DNA of 32,000 nt from Alkalilimnicola ehrlichii MLHE-1 (GTDB lineage Bacteria > Pseudomonadota > Gammaproteobacteria > Nitrococcales > Halorhodospiraceae). How positions within the stretch are numbered: position 1 is the stretch's first letter; the number at the start of each line of letters is the position of its first letter. Positions 1-8,548 of this stretch are shown piece after piece. The notes beneath the pieces were generated by a model that ran no database searches, had not been told where the DNA came from, and saw nothing but the letters and a program-made list of their open reading frames with translations. The DNA is taken from contig NC_008340.1 of assembly GCF_000014785.1 (NCBI RefSeq), positions 3,240,001-3,272,000 of the forward strand. Direction: 5' to 3'. The position numbers and the translations under genes were made by a program.

Positions 1-568
1 CGAAGACCTCGTAGAGGTTGCTGACCGGGAAGTAGCCCATGCCCGGGCCGTGGAGGTAGGTCTCCCACCAGCGCACCAGCAGCCCCAGCAGGCCGGCGCC
101 GGCCCCCAGCCAGGTAAAGGCGGTGGCCACCCGGCCGACAAAGGCCCGGTCGCCGCCGCGGCTGAAGGCCAGATCGGCAAAATAGAGGACCGTGGCGCCC
201 AGGAAGAAGACGCACATCCACATGATGGCCGCCTGACTGGAGAGCAGGTAGTTGAGCAGGAAGCTCTCCTGCGCGGCGTTCAGATCAGGGTAGATATTGA
301 CCGCCAGCACCGCCAGCGCGCCGACAATGAGCACGAAGGGCCGGGCCTGCTTCCAGTGCCAGCCCTGGGGGATCAGCCAGGCAACGGTGAGCGCGAGGAT
401 GATCTCCTCGTAATAATTCATGTGCTCGGCGTACTGCAGGTAGGCAGCCAGCCCACCGCCGACACAGGCCAGTGCCCAGATCCAGTCGAAGGGGGTCAGA
501 CTGCGCAGATAGGCCCCGCGCTCGTGTTGTTTCAGCTCGTCGGCCAGTTTCTCCCGGGTGGTGGACAT
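1..568 (-). CDS. ccsB: Cytochrome c biogenesis protein CcsB/ResC (system II haem export/ligation), N-terminal part; truncated by the window start
   Basis: Reverse-strand reading from ATG at 568 gives MSTTREKLADELKQHERGAYLRSLTPFDWIWALACVGGGLAAYLQYAEHMNYYEEIILALTVAWLIPQ... and later GPGMGYFPVSNLYEVF, the conserved CcsB/ResC N-terminal region. The start codon overlaps the resB stop (TGATG). This ORF is absent from the supplied track because it runs off the window. Confidence 0.88.
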   Translation of the reverse strand, partial: MSTTREKLADELKQHERGAYLRSLTPFDWIWALACVGGGLAAYLQYAEHMNYYEEIILALTVAWLIPQGWHWKQARPFVLIVGALAVLAVNIYPDLNAAQESFLLNYLLSSQAAIMWMCVFFLGATVLYFADLAFSRGGDRAFVGRVATAFTWLGAGAGLLGLLVRWWETYLHGPGMGYFPVSNLYEVF

Positions 569-2673
569 CAGGTCTTACCCTCCTCGCTGCCCTCGGACGC
601 CGCCAGTCTCAAGCGCAGGTCCAGTTCGTGCGCCAGCTTATCGAATTCCCGGCCAAAGGCCTTGGGGTCGCGCTGCCCCACCCCGGCCAGCAGGATGCGC
701 GTCTGACCCTCACGCCCGTCCCGCGTCACCAGCGCCCAGACCCGCCGGTGGGGGATATAGAACATCAGGAACAGCCCCAGCACCAACATGGCACTCCCAA
801 AATAGACGATCCCGGCACCGGGTGCCCGTCCGATCATCAGCCCTGTCGATTGGATCTGCTCAAACCCGGTAAGTTCCAGGAAGATCGGTGTGCCGTAGGC
901 TGGGAGGGCCGACAGCGCCGCGAGGGCCTCCTCGTAGAAGAGCCGATCGTCCTCGCTCAATCCGCCCAGATCGCTGACCGATTGCACCCCCTGCTCTCGG
1001 GCCACGGCGTCATGATAGGCATTGGTCAGGGTCCGCTCCAACAGCATGTGGGAAAAGTCCCGGAGCAGCGCCTGCTGTTCCGGGTCGTTGGAGCCGGCCA
1101 TCACCCGGGCCTCTATCCCCTCGCTGACCGCCTCGAACCCCTCCTGCAGGAGCTGGCGAATCATCTGCTCAGCCGACATGGCCATCTGCCCGGCAAGCTG
1201 CCGCGCCTGCTCGCGCTCATCCACCATGCCCAGCTCCAGCAGCACATAGCGGGCGGCCGCGGTAGCGGCCTCCCGACGCGGCTCGGACTGGCGCAAATTG
1301 CCCAGGAAGGTCATGAAGCGGTCCAGGCCGCCGTCCGGCCCTGCCGGGATATGCAGGTAGCGGAACGGCTGATTGGCGGAGGGCCGCATGCCGCTGAGAT
1401 AGTAATGGCGCCCATCAATGGTGATGGGGAGCATGTAGTTCTCGAACTCCAGCGTCCGGCCGTCGCGGGTGCGTAAGGCGTAAGAGAAACTCGGCCCCAC
1501 GTTCCGCTGGCGCCGGCCTGACTCCTGCAGCTCGTCCGGCCGGACATTGGTCAGTTCAAAGTCGCGGAACTGCAGGGTGTACTCCTGCCCCGCGACCCCG
1601 ACCCGCGCCTCGGAGAAGACCCTCGCCTCGAGCTCCTCCGGGGCCTCGGAATCGCCCGCAAGGGGCCAGATCCGCAGATCCAGCCTGGAGCCGCCATCGC
1701 CGAAACTGGCTTGGTAGATGGAGTAACCGCGGTACTCCAGCGGCTCATTGACCCGGATGGTCTCATGGAAGGTCTTATCCCGCTCCGGGTCGATGATCTT
1801 CAGGTCGCTCTCATAGGAGCGCGGCTGCCCGCTCGGATAATGCTGGATTCGGAAGTCCTCCACCACGATGGTGAAGGGCAGCTCCTGCACCACGTAGCCG
1901 TCGCGCAGGGGCAGGAAGGTGACATTGGCGGCGCGGCCCTCGGGAATGCTGGTGGTGCCACGGAAGGAGCCCGGCCGCACCGGCAGTTTCTTGCTGTCGT
2001 CGATCTGGGAGACGGGAATATCGTCCCGGGTCTCGATCTGCAGGTTGCCGCGCCACTCGTTCCACTTGAGGAGCAGATCACCGTCGATCAGCCCGCCCAC
2101 GCAAATGACCACGATAGCCAAGTGGGTGAAGATATAGCCCAGCCGATTGCTGCGCCCCTTCATGCCGGCCAGCAGCATCTGCCCCCCGCCGCCCGACTTG
2201 TCGCGGAAGCGGAATCCCTTGTTCTTCAGGGTGCGGGCAGCCGCCTCGCGAGCCCCCTCAGGCGCCAGCGCCAGGGTCCACTCCCGGCGGTTGCTGAGCG
2301 CTCGCAGGGAGGCCTCCTGGTGATGGTCCCGGAAGCGGGTCATCTCCTTCACCACACTCGGGGTGTGGCGGTAGAGACAGACGCTGGTGGTGATGACCAG
2401 GAAGACCAGGATGGCCAGGTACCAACTGGCCGAGTAGACGTCGTAAAGCCCCAGCCGGCGGAAGACCTCGAACCAGAACGGCCCGAAGTCGATCATGTGC
2501 TCGGACCAGGTGCGCTCCTGGACCAGTACCGTGCCAATGATCGAGCCGATACCCAGCGCCACCAACAGGGTGATCGCCAGGTTCATAGACCCCAGGAAAT
2601 CGAGCAGGGTCGCGGAGACAGAGCGCCCCTTGCGGTGGGCGCGACGCGGAGCGGCGGCGTTATTACTGGACAT
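568..2673 (-). CDS. resB: ResB/Ccs1-family cytochrome c biogenesis protein
   Basis: ORF 568..2694. The N-terminal stretch LLDFLGSMNLAITLLVALGIGSIIGTVLVQ and the later NEWRGNLQIETRDD/PVSQIDDSKKLPVRPGSFRG...EYRGYSIYQASFGDGGS pattern are typical of ResB. It is followed directly by ccsB. The ORF-track start is a GTG at 2694; I favour the ATG at 2673 (MSSNN...). Confidence 0.92.
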   Translation of the reverse strand: MSSNNAAAPRRAHRKGRSVSATLLDFLGSMNLAITLLVALGIGSIIGTVLVQERTWSEHMIDFGPFWFEVFRRLGLYDVYSASWYLAILVFLVITTSVCLYRHTPSVVKEMTRFRDHHQEASLRALSNRREWTLALAPEGAREAAARTLKNKGFRFRDKSGGGGQMLLAGMKGRSNRLGYIFTHLAIVVICVGGLIDGDLLLKWNEWRGNLQIETRDDIPVSQIDDSKKLPVRPGSFRGTTSIPEGRAANVTFLPLRDGYVVQELPFTIVVEDFRIQHYPSGQPRSYESDLKIIDPERDKTFHETIRVNEPLEYRGYSIYQASFGDGGSRLDLRIWPLAGDSEAPEELEARVFSEARVGVAGQEYTLQFRDFELTNVRPDELQESGRRQRNVGPSFSYALRTRDGRTLEFENYMLPITIDGRHYYLSGMRPSANQPFRYLHIPAGPDGGLDRFMTFLGNLRQSEPRREAATAAARYVLLELGMVDEREQARQLAGQMAMSAEQMIRQLLQEGFEAVSEGIEARVMAGSNDPEQQALLRDFSHMLLERTLTNAYHDAVAREQGVQSVSDLGGLSEDDRLFYEEALAALSALPAYGTPIFLELTGFEQIQSTGLMIGRAPGAGIVYFGSAMLVLGLFLMFYIPHRRVWALVTRDGREGQTRILLAGVGQRDPKAFGREFDKLAHELDLRLRLAASEGSEEGKT

Positions 2674-2792
2674 GCTTGGTGCGGACCTCGGCACTGAGGC
2701 GGACCGGCCGCAGCCCCCGCGGGTTCAGATAGACCCCCGCCTTGGGGCCGGATTGACGCCACCTGACGGGCGGGTGGTCACGCGCCCGTCGC

Positions 2793-3410
2793 TCAGCGGT
2801 GCAGCCCGGTCATGTATTCGGTGACAGCTTCGATGTCCTCATCGCTCATGCGCGAGGCGATGTCCCGCATCATGCGGTTGGGATCGGAGTCACGCTCCTC
2901 ATCGCGGTACTCCCGCAGGGCCTTGCGCATATACTGGGCGTGCTGCCCGGCAACCCGGGGGTACTGGGCACCCTTTACGCCCTCACCCGCCGGCCCGTGG
3001 CAGGCCATGCAGGCGGCAACACCCTGTCCGGGAATGCCGGCGCGGTAGATCTCACGCCCGCGCTCGACCAGCTCCTCGTCTGCCTCGTGGAACACGGCCT
3101 CCTGGGCCTCGTAGTAGACCGCCAGATCACGGATGTCCTCGTCGGAGAGGCCCGCGGCCTGGGGGGTCATCAGCGGATCCTGACGATCACCGTCACGGAA
3201 CAGCTGCAGCTGGTAGACGATATAGTCGGCAGGCTGCCCGGCGAGCGACGGCCAAGCGGGGTTGTTGCTATTGCCTTGGGCGCCATGACAGGCGACACAG
3301 GTCGCCGCCTTGCGTTCGCCCGCCTCGATATCACCATCAACGGCAAGGGCAGGCAGGCTGACGCCAGCCAGGATGAGGCCGGCAGCGGCCGCAATAAACC
3401 GGTTATTCAT
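2793..3410 (-). CDS. Diheme cytochrome c4
   Basis: Signal peptide MNNRFIAAAAGLILAGVSLPALA. Two CXXCH motifs (CVACHGAQGNS and CMACHGPAGEGV) with internal duplication (PSLAGQPADYIVYQLQLFRDG / PRVAGQHAQYMRKALREYRD), characteristic of c4. Start moved from 3476 to the ATG at 3410. Confidence 0.93.
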   Translation of the reverse strand: MNNRFIAAAAGLILAGVSLPALAVDGDIEAGERKAATCVACHGAQGNSNNPAWPSLAGQPADYIVYQLQLFRDGDRQDPLMTPQAAGLSDEDIRDLAVYYEAQEAVFHEADEELVERGREIYRAGIPGQGVAACMACHGPAGEGVKGAQYPRVAGQHAQYMRKALREYRDEERDSDPNRMMRDIASRMSDEDIEAVTEYMTGLHR

Positions 3411-3587
3411 GGATCCGATCACCTCTGGATGCCTCCGGGCTGGTGCGCACTGATACGACTCAAGGCGCGGACTCAACCTGGGATTGGTTCTGATACTTGT
3501 TGCATGAAGGCCGGTGGCCGACGGATAAACGGCTGATAGTTATATCAGTCGCCCGGAAGGCGGTCAATCTGGCAGGTGTGGAAAACT

Positions 3588-3613
3588 GCCGCGCCCCACC
3601 CGCGGGGCGCGGC
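3588..3613 (-). terminator. Predicted Rho-independent terminator of the diheme peroxidase gene
   Basis: Perfect 10-bp stem GCCGCGCCCC / GGGGCGCGGC with a 6-nt loop. On the minus strand it is followed by AGTTTTCC. It lies 9 nt beyond the stop of the minus-strand peroxidase gene. Confidence 0.8.
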
Positions 3614-3622
3614 ACATGGTGC

Positions 3623-4630
3623 TTACGGCAGGGCCGGCACCTGGAAGTCCGGCATCTCACCGGTCAGGGACTCCATGAAGGCCACCAGCTCGGCGACGGT
3701 CTCGTCGTCGAACTCGCGGTTCAGCATCTCACGGCCCATCACCTGAGTGGCCTCCTCCAAGGTCTCCACCCCACCGTTGTTGAAGTAGGGGTAGGTCACC
3801 GCCACATTGCGCAGGGTTGGGGTCTTGAAGGCAAACCGGTCGGCCTCCTCGCCGGTGACCAGGTAACGACCCTCATCGGTGGAGCCCGGCACCTGAATGC
3901 GGTGGAAGTTGCTGTCGGTCAGCGCGGGCCCGCGGTGGCAGGCGATACAGCCGTTGTCCACAAAGGCGGCCATACCGCGCTTCTGCTGGTCGGTCAGCGC
4001 ATCCAGGTCACCCCGCAGGTAGCGATCGAACGGCGAGTTCGGGGTATTCAGGGTGCGCTGGAAGCTGGCCAGGGCCTTGGCGACGTTATCCGCTTTGATC
4101 GGCTGGTCATCGCCCGGGTAGGCCGCCGCGAACTTCGCCTGGTACTCATCGAACTCCTTGAGCCGCTCCAGGGCTGCGTCCAGGTCCATGGCCATCTCGA
4201 TGTCTGCCTCGATCGGCCCCAGGGCCTGACCCTCCAGGTCCGGCTCGCGGCCGTCCCAGAACTGGGCCTCGAAGAAGCCGGAGTTGAGCACCGTGGGGGT
4301 GTTACGCTCGCCTACCTGGCCCTCGTGACCCACCGCCCGCGGAATGCGGTCGGCCCAGCCGAGCGCCGGGTTGTGACAGGTGGCACAACTGATAACACCG
4401 CTGGACGAGATGCGCGGCTCGAAGAAGAGCATCTTGCCCAGTTCGATCTTCTCCTTGGTCAGGGAGTTATCCGCCGGAATCGGCGGCAGCGCGGGCAGTG
4501 GCTCGAACCGGTCGGCATACTGGCTGTAGAAACCGTCTTCCGCACTGGCGGTGCTGGCGGCAAAGGCCAGAATGCAGCCCATTCCCAATGCCGGGATCGC
4601 CTTGCGGAGGTGTGTCCCCAGGCTTGTCAT
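3623..4630 (-). CDS. Periplasmic diheme cytochrome c peroxidase, MauG/CcpA family
   Basis: Signal peptide ending FAASTASA. FFEPRISSSGVISCATCHNPALGWAD and NGCIACHRGPALTDSNFH carry two CXXCH haem motifs. TPTLRNVAVTYPYFNNGGVETLEEA is the conserved family C-terminus. Confidence 0.92.
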   Translation of the reverse strand: MTSLGTHLRKAIPALGMGCILAFAASTASAEDGFYSQYADRFEPLPALPPIPADNSLTKEKIELGKMLFFEPRISSSGVISCATCHNPALGWADRIPRAVGHEGQVGERNTPTVLNSGFFEAQFWDGREPDLEGQALGPIEADIEMAMDLDAALERLKEFDEYQAKFAAAYPGDDQPIKADNVAKALASFQRTLNTPNSPFDRYLRGDLDALTDQQKRGMAAFVDNGCIACHRGPALTDSNFHRIQVPGSTDEGRYLVTGEEADRFAFKTPTLRNVAVTYPYFNNGGVETLEEATQVMGREMLNREFDDETVAELVAFMESLTGEMPDFQVPALP

Positions 4631-4799
4631 AGTGCGCCTCCTTATCTGTTGACGCTGGCGTGGTGAACCCCTTTGCAGAGCATCAAGTCAAATGCTCTGT
4701 AATTGTTCCAAAATGAAGGTACGGTAGGTATTAGTAGCTTACAACTGAGCGAAATACTCAGTTTTGCCGTCGATCAATTCTCTTGCTGGAGTGCCCGCC

Positions 4800-5747
4800 A
4801 TGGCCCGCTATCGCTATCCGAAGATCCCGGAATCAGAGATCACCCCGGAACCGCTCTACCGGGCCCGGCGCCGGTTTTTCCGCCAGGGCGTCGGCTTGGC
4901 CGTCGCGGCCGCGGCACCGGGGCTGCTGCTGCGCCCGGCCGCCGCCTGGCAGGGGGCTCTGGACGAGGCCCCCGGCAGCGGGCTGTCCACCGACGAACCG
5001 CTGACGAGCCTGGATGACATCACCTCCTACAACAACTTCTACGAGCTGGGCACGCGCAAGCGCGACCCCTCGGACTGGGCCCATCAGCTCCAGACCGACC
5101 CCTGGACCCTGAGTATAGAAGGCGAGGTGAATAAGCCAGGGGAATTCGACCTGAGCGATGTCATCCGGCCGGATGAACTGGAGCAGCGCATCTACCGCCT
5201 GCGCTGCGTGGAGGCCTGGTCCATGGTGATCCCCTGGGTCGGCTTCGAGCTGCGTAAGCTGCTGGAGCGCCACGAGCCCACCGACCGCGCCAAGTACGTG
5301 GTCTTCGAGTCCATCCACGACCCGGACAACCTGCGCGGCCAACGTCGCGGCATCATCGACTGGCCCTACCGTGAGGGGCTGCGCATGGATGAGGCGATGC
5401 ACCCGCTCACCCTGCTGGCGGTGGGGCTGTACGGCAAGCCCATGCCCAACCAGAACGGCGCGCCCATCCGTCTGGTGGTGCCCTGGAAGTATGGCTTCAA
5501 GAGCATCAAGTCCATCGTGCGCATCCGCCTGCAGGAGGAACGTCCGGTCAGCGCCTGGGAGGCGATGTCACCGGAGGAGTACGGCTTCTACGCCAACGTC
5601 AACCCCCACGTCGACCACCCCCGCTGGTCGCAGGCTCGGGAGCGCCGGATCGGGGAACCGGGGCGGCGGGAGACCCTGATGTTCAACGGCTACGAGGAGG
5701 AGGTCGCCCACCTTTACGAGGGCATGGACCTGGAAAAACACTTCTGA
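4800..5747 (+). CDS. msrP: Protein-methionine-sulfoxide reductase catalytic subunit MsrP (YedY), Tat-exported molybdoenzyme
   Basis: [30 protein letters not shown]... with a twin-arginine signal. [24 protein letters not shown] contains the Mo-binding Cys region. C-terminal [18 protein letters not shown]...[23 protein letters not shown] is typical of YedY. Start moved from 4764 to the internal ATG. Confidence 0.95.
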   Translation: MARYRYPKIPESEITPEPLYRARRRFFRQGVGLAVAAAAPGLLLRPAAAWQGALDEAPGSGLSTDEPLTSLDDITSYNNFYELGTRKRDPSDWAHQLQTDPWTLSIEGEVNKPGEFDLSDVIRPDELEQRIYRLRCVEAWSMVIPWVGFELRKLLERHEPTDRAKYVVFESIHDPDNLRGQRRGIIDWPYREGLRMDEAMHPLTLLAVGLYGKPMPNQNGAPIRLVVPWKYGFKSIKSIVRIRLQEERPVSAWEAMSPEEYGFYANVNPHVDHPRWSQARERRIGEPGRRETLMFNGYEEEVAHLYEGMDLEKHF

Positions 5748-5748
5748 T

Positions 5749-6348
5749 ATGGATCATCAAAAGACCGCCATCCACGGCTTCCGTGTACTGGTCCTGGTGG
5801 CGTGCGCCACGCCGGCCCTGTGGCTGGTCTGGGCCTGGTTCAACGCCGGATTGGGGGCGAACCCGGCGGAGGCCGTGGTCCACTTCACCGGCCGCTTCGG
5901 GCTGGCGCTGCTGCTGGCCACCATCGCCTTGGGGCCCGCCTTCCGACTCAGCGGCTGGGTGGGGTTCATGGTCGCCCGCCGGCAGTTGGGGCTTTGGGCC
6001 TTCTTCTGGCTGGTGGCCCACGCCCTGGCCTGGATGGGGTTGGATCAGTACTGGGACTGGCCCTGGATCTGGCAGGACCTGTGGGGGCTGGAGTACATCC
6101 GCTACGGACTGGCGGGCCTGGTACTGCTCGTGCCCCTGGCCCTGACCTCCTTCCGGGCCGCCCAGCAGGCCCTAGGCAGGAGCCGCTGGCAGTGGTTGCA
6201 CCGGCTGGTCTACCTGTCCGCGGCGCTGGGGGTGGTGCACTTCTGGATTCTCACCCGGGCCGATTACCGGGATGTGGTGATCTACGGGGCCGTGCTGGCC
6301 GCCCTCGCCGCCTTCCGCCTCGGCTGTGCGGTCGTGGACCGGCGCTGA
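5749..6348 (+). CDS. msrQ: Haem-binding membrane subunit MsrQ (YedZ)
   Basis: Begins 1 nt after the msrP stop. Multi-span ferric-reductase-like membrane protein with [39 protein letters not shown] and [23 protein letters not shown]. Confidence 0.93.
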   Translation: MDHQKTAIHGFRVLVLVACATPALWLVWAWFNAGLGANPAEAVVHFTGRFGLALLLATIALGPAFRLSGWVGFMVARRQLGLWAFFWLVAHALAWMGLDQYWDWPWIWQDLWGLEYIRYGLAGLVLLVPLALTSFRAAQQALGRSRWQWLHRLVYLSAALGVVHFWILTRADYRDVVIYGAVLAALAAFRLGCAVVDRR

Positions 6349-6394
6349 TGAGGATCGGCTTGGCGCCCGCGGCGGGCTGGGGGACAATGGCCCC

Positions 6395-7015
6395 ATGAAT
6401 CCGATCTATTTCCAGGCCCGCTTTCTCACCAGTGCGCCGGACCTGCGCCGCATGCCGCCCGACCAGGGCCGGGAGGTAGCCTTCGCCGGCCGCTCCAACG
6501 TGGGCAAGTCGAGCGCCATCAACACCCTGACCAATCAGAAGTCGCTTGCCCGTACCAGCAAGACCCCGGGCCGCACCCAGTTGATCAACGTCTTCCCGAT
6601 CACCGACGAGGCGGCGTTGGTGGACCTGCCCGGCTACGGCTACGCCAAGGTGCCCGCCGCCGTGCGCCGGCGTTGGGATCAGGTGCTGCCGGAGTATCTG
6701 GCCGGCCGCCGCGCCCTGCGCGGCGTGGTGCTGGTAATGGATCTGCGCCACCCGCTCACCGACTTCGACCGCCAGATGTTGGACTGGTGCGGCCATATCG
6801 GGGTGCCGCTGCACGTCCTGCTCACCAAGGCGGACAAATTCAAGGCCGGGGCGGCGCGCAACCGGGGGCAGAATGTGGGCCGGCAGCTACGCGCCGAGTG
6901 GCCCGGGGTGACCTGGCAGATCTTCTCGGCCAGCAAACGGATGGGCGTGGACGAGGCCCACGCGCGGCTGGATGAATGGCTGGGCCTGGGCCCCGCCGCG
7001 GGGGAGGGCCGCTGA
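6395..7015 (+). CDS. engB: Ribosome biogenesis GTP-binding protein EngB/YsxC/YihA
   Basis: G motifs [19 protein letters not shown] (G1), GRTQLINVF (G2 region), [12 protein letters not shown] (G3) and LTKADK (G4). Start moved from 6326 to ATG at 6395 ([21 protein letters not shown]). Confidence 0.95.
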   Translation: MNPIYFQARFLTSAPDLRRMPPDQGREVAFAGRSNVGKSSAINTLTNQKSLARTSKTPGRTQLINVFPITDEAALVDLPGYGYAKVPAAVRRRWDQVLPEYLAGRRALRGVVLVMDLRHPLTDFDRQMLDWCGHIGVPLHVLLTKADKFKAGAARNRGQNVGRQLRAEWPGVTWQIFSASKRMGVDEAHARLDEWLGLGPAAGEGR

Positions 7016-7035
7016 GCAGCCCGCCCGCCGGCGGG

Positions 7036-7692
7036 TCAGAATCGGTAACTGAGCGCCACCGAGATGACCGGATAGTACTTCAGGTCTTCCAGGTCGTCCT
7101 CGAGGCTCTCTTCCTCTCTGCGGACATCCTCGCGGAACTGTTCTTCCAACACCGGGTTGTTGGTGGTCCCGTCCAAGCGGACTCGCGGGGAGCCGGTGAA
7201 CAGGACGCCGATATCGGACGAGAAGGACAGCCGGCCGCCGGCCAGCGCATTGCCCCAACCGATACCCAGGTAGGGGGCAAACCTGCGCCAGTCCACCTCG
7301 GCATCCAGACGCGCATCGTAGACGCCCTCGCCGATCGGCAGCCCTTCCTCCTGGGCCGAGCCGCGGAACTCGTTGCCGTTGTAGAACCCGCCGGCGCTGA
7401 GCCGGAAACGCCCCCCGAAGGGGTACCAGTCCGCCAGCACCCCGGCGCTGCGCACCTTCAGGGTGCCGTCATATTCAATGTCGTCCTCTTCCACATCGGT
7501 ACTGTAGTCGAGCCCCGATACCGAGGCGCGCAGGTTGACCCGGTCACTCACCCCCAGGGTGCCCTCCAGACCCAACCCCGTGGTGCCGGCCTTTACGCCG
7601 ACGGCGAACGGGCCAGCCGCATGGCCGGTACCCGCGCTGAACAACAGGACCAGGGCGAGGGCAATGCCCCCGACGGCGCGGCGTTTTTTCAT
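7036..7692 (-). CDS. Predicted outer-membrane beta-barrel / porin-like protein of unknown function
   Basis: MKKRRAVGGIALALVLLFSAGTGHA signal peptide. Alternating beta-strand segments (FAVGVKAGTTGLGLEGTLGVSDRVNLRASVSGLDYS...) and a C-terminal YPVISVALSYRF ending in aromatic F, the outer-membrane insertion signature. Start moved from 7791 to 7692. Confidence 0.75.
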   Translation of the reverse strand: MKKRRAVGGIALALVLLFSAGTGHAAGPFAVGVKAGTTGLGLEGTLGVSDRVNLRASVSGLDYSTDVEEDDIEYDGTLKVRSAGVLADWYPFGGRFRLSAGGFYNGNEFRGSAQEEGLPIGEGVYDARLDAEVDWRRFAPYLGIGWGNALAGGRLSFSSDIGVLFTGSPRVRLDGTTNNPVLEEQFREDVRREEESLEDDLEDLKYYPVISVALSYRF

Positions 7693-7795
7693 ATCGTCTC
7701 TTCCCGATAACGCGAAAGGTTTAATCTTTCGCATCATAAGCGGGTTCGCCATGCCCGATCCAGGGGTCAGCACGGCCGGGGGAAAACGCACAAAG

Positions 7796-7834
7796 AAAAG
7801 GACCCCGGTCCCTGGGGGGAGGGAACCGGGGCCA
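7796..7834 (-). terminator. Predicted Rho-independent terminator downstream of dsbB
   Basis: On the minus strand, CCCCGGTTCCCTCCCCCCAGGGACCGGGG forms an approximately 10-bp stem with one bulge, followed by TCCTTTTCTTTG. Confidence 0.65.
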
Positions 7835-7990
7835 AGCTTGACCCGGCCTTGGGGCGAGCCGGGTGCAGAAGCCCGCTAGAAGAGGAGGGAAGCGGGCGGC
7901 GCCAGCGTCGGCGCTCATTGATTAAGACTAGCCCGGCCGCAAAAAGTTTCCCGGCCGGCGAAAAAAATTTGGCCCGAGTGGGGTTCGCCC

Positions 7991-8479
7991 TTATGCCCGC
8001 CGGGCGAGCACGGCATACAGCCCCAGGGCGCCAAGGGCCAGGTACCCCACCAGGGTCCAGCCGGGCAGGGGCACACCCAGCACCGCGTCCACCTGGGTGC
8101 AGTCGGTGGTGCCGGAGAGGATCTCCAACAGCACCTCCCACCAAGGCAGAAACTGGGCCAGCACCTCGGGCGACATACCACAGCTGACGGCATCGGGGTT
8201 GGCCTGAATGTAGAGATGGCGCAGGGCGATGATCACGCCGGTCAGGGCACTCAGGCCCAGGGCGCCGGCCAGCGGCCAGCGGCCCCAGCCCCGGGGGAAG
8301 TACACCAGGCCCACTAGCGCCACCAGCGACATCAGACCGAAGACCCCCCGCTGCACCCAGCAGAGCGGACAGGGGGGCATGTCCGCCAGGTATTCCAGCC
8401 CCAGCGCCCCCAGGTTCAGCAGCAGTGTGAGCACCAGGAGCAAAGCAAGCCCCCGGCGCCGGAGCAGCCAGTCACCCAT
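7991..8479 (-). CDS. dsbB: Disulfide bond formation protein DsbB
   Basis: MGDWLLRRRGLALLLVLTLLLNLGALGLEYLADMPPCPLCWVQRGVFG carries the PCPLC active-site motif near TM2. A second periplasmic Cys pair occurs (VSCGMSP... / TTDCTQVD). Start moved from 8524 to 8479. Confidence 0.92.
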   Translation of the reverse strand: MGDWLLRRRGLALLLVLTLLLNLGALGLEYLADMPPCPLCWVQRGVFGLMSLVALVGLVYFPRGWGRWPLAGALGLSALTGVIIALRHLYIQANPDAVSCGMSPEVLAQFLPWWEVLLEILSGTTDCTQVDAVLGVPLPGWTLVGYLALGALGLYAVLARRA

Positions 8480-8548
8480 ACGCGCCCCCTGCGGCGACGC
8501 CGGTCTGCGACCCCGCCATCCCACCCCGGTTGCCCGGCCAGTGTTTCA

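Noticed and set aside
3497-4666. 389-aa plus-strand ORF
   Set aside because: Antisense to the diheme peroxidase, which has a signal peptide and two CXXCH motifs.
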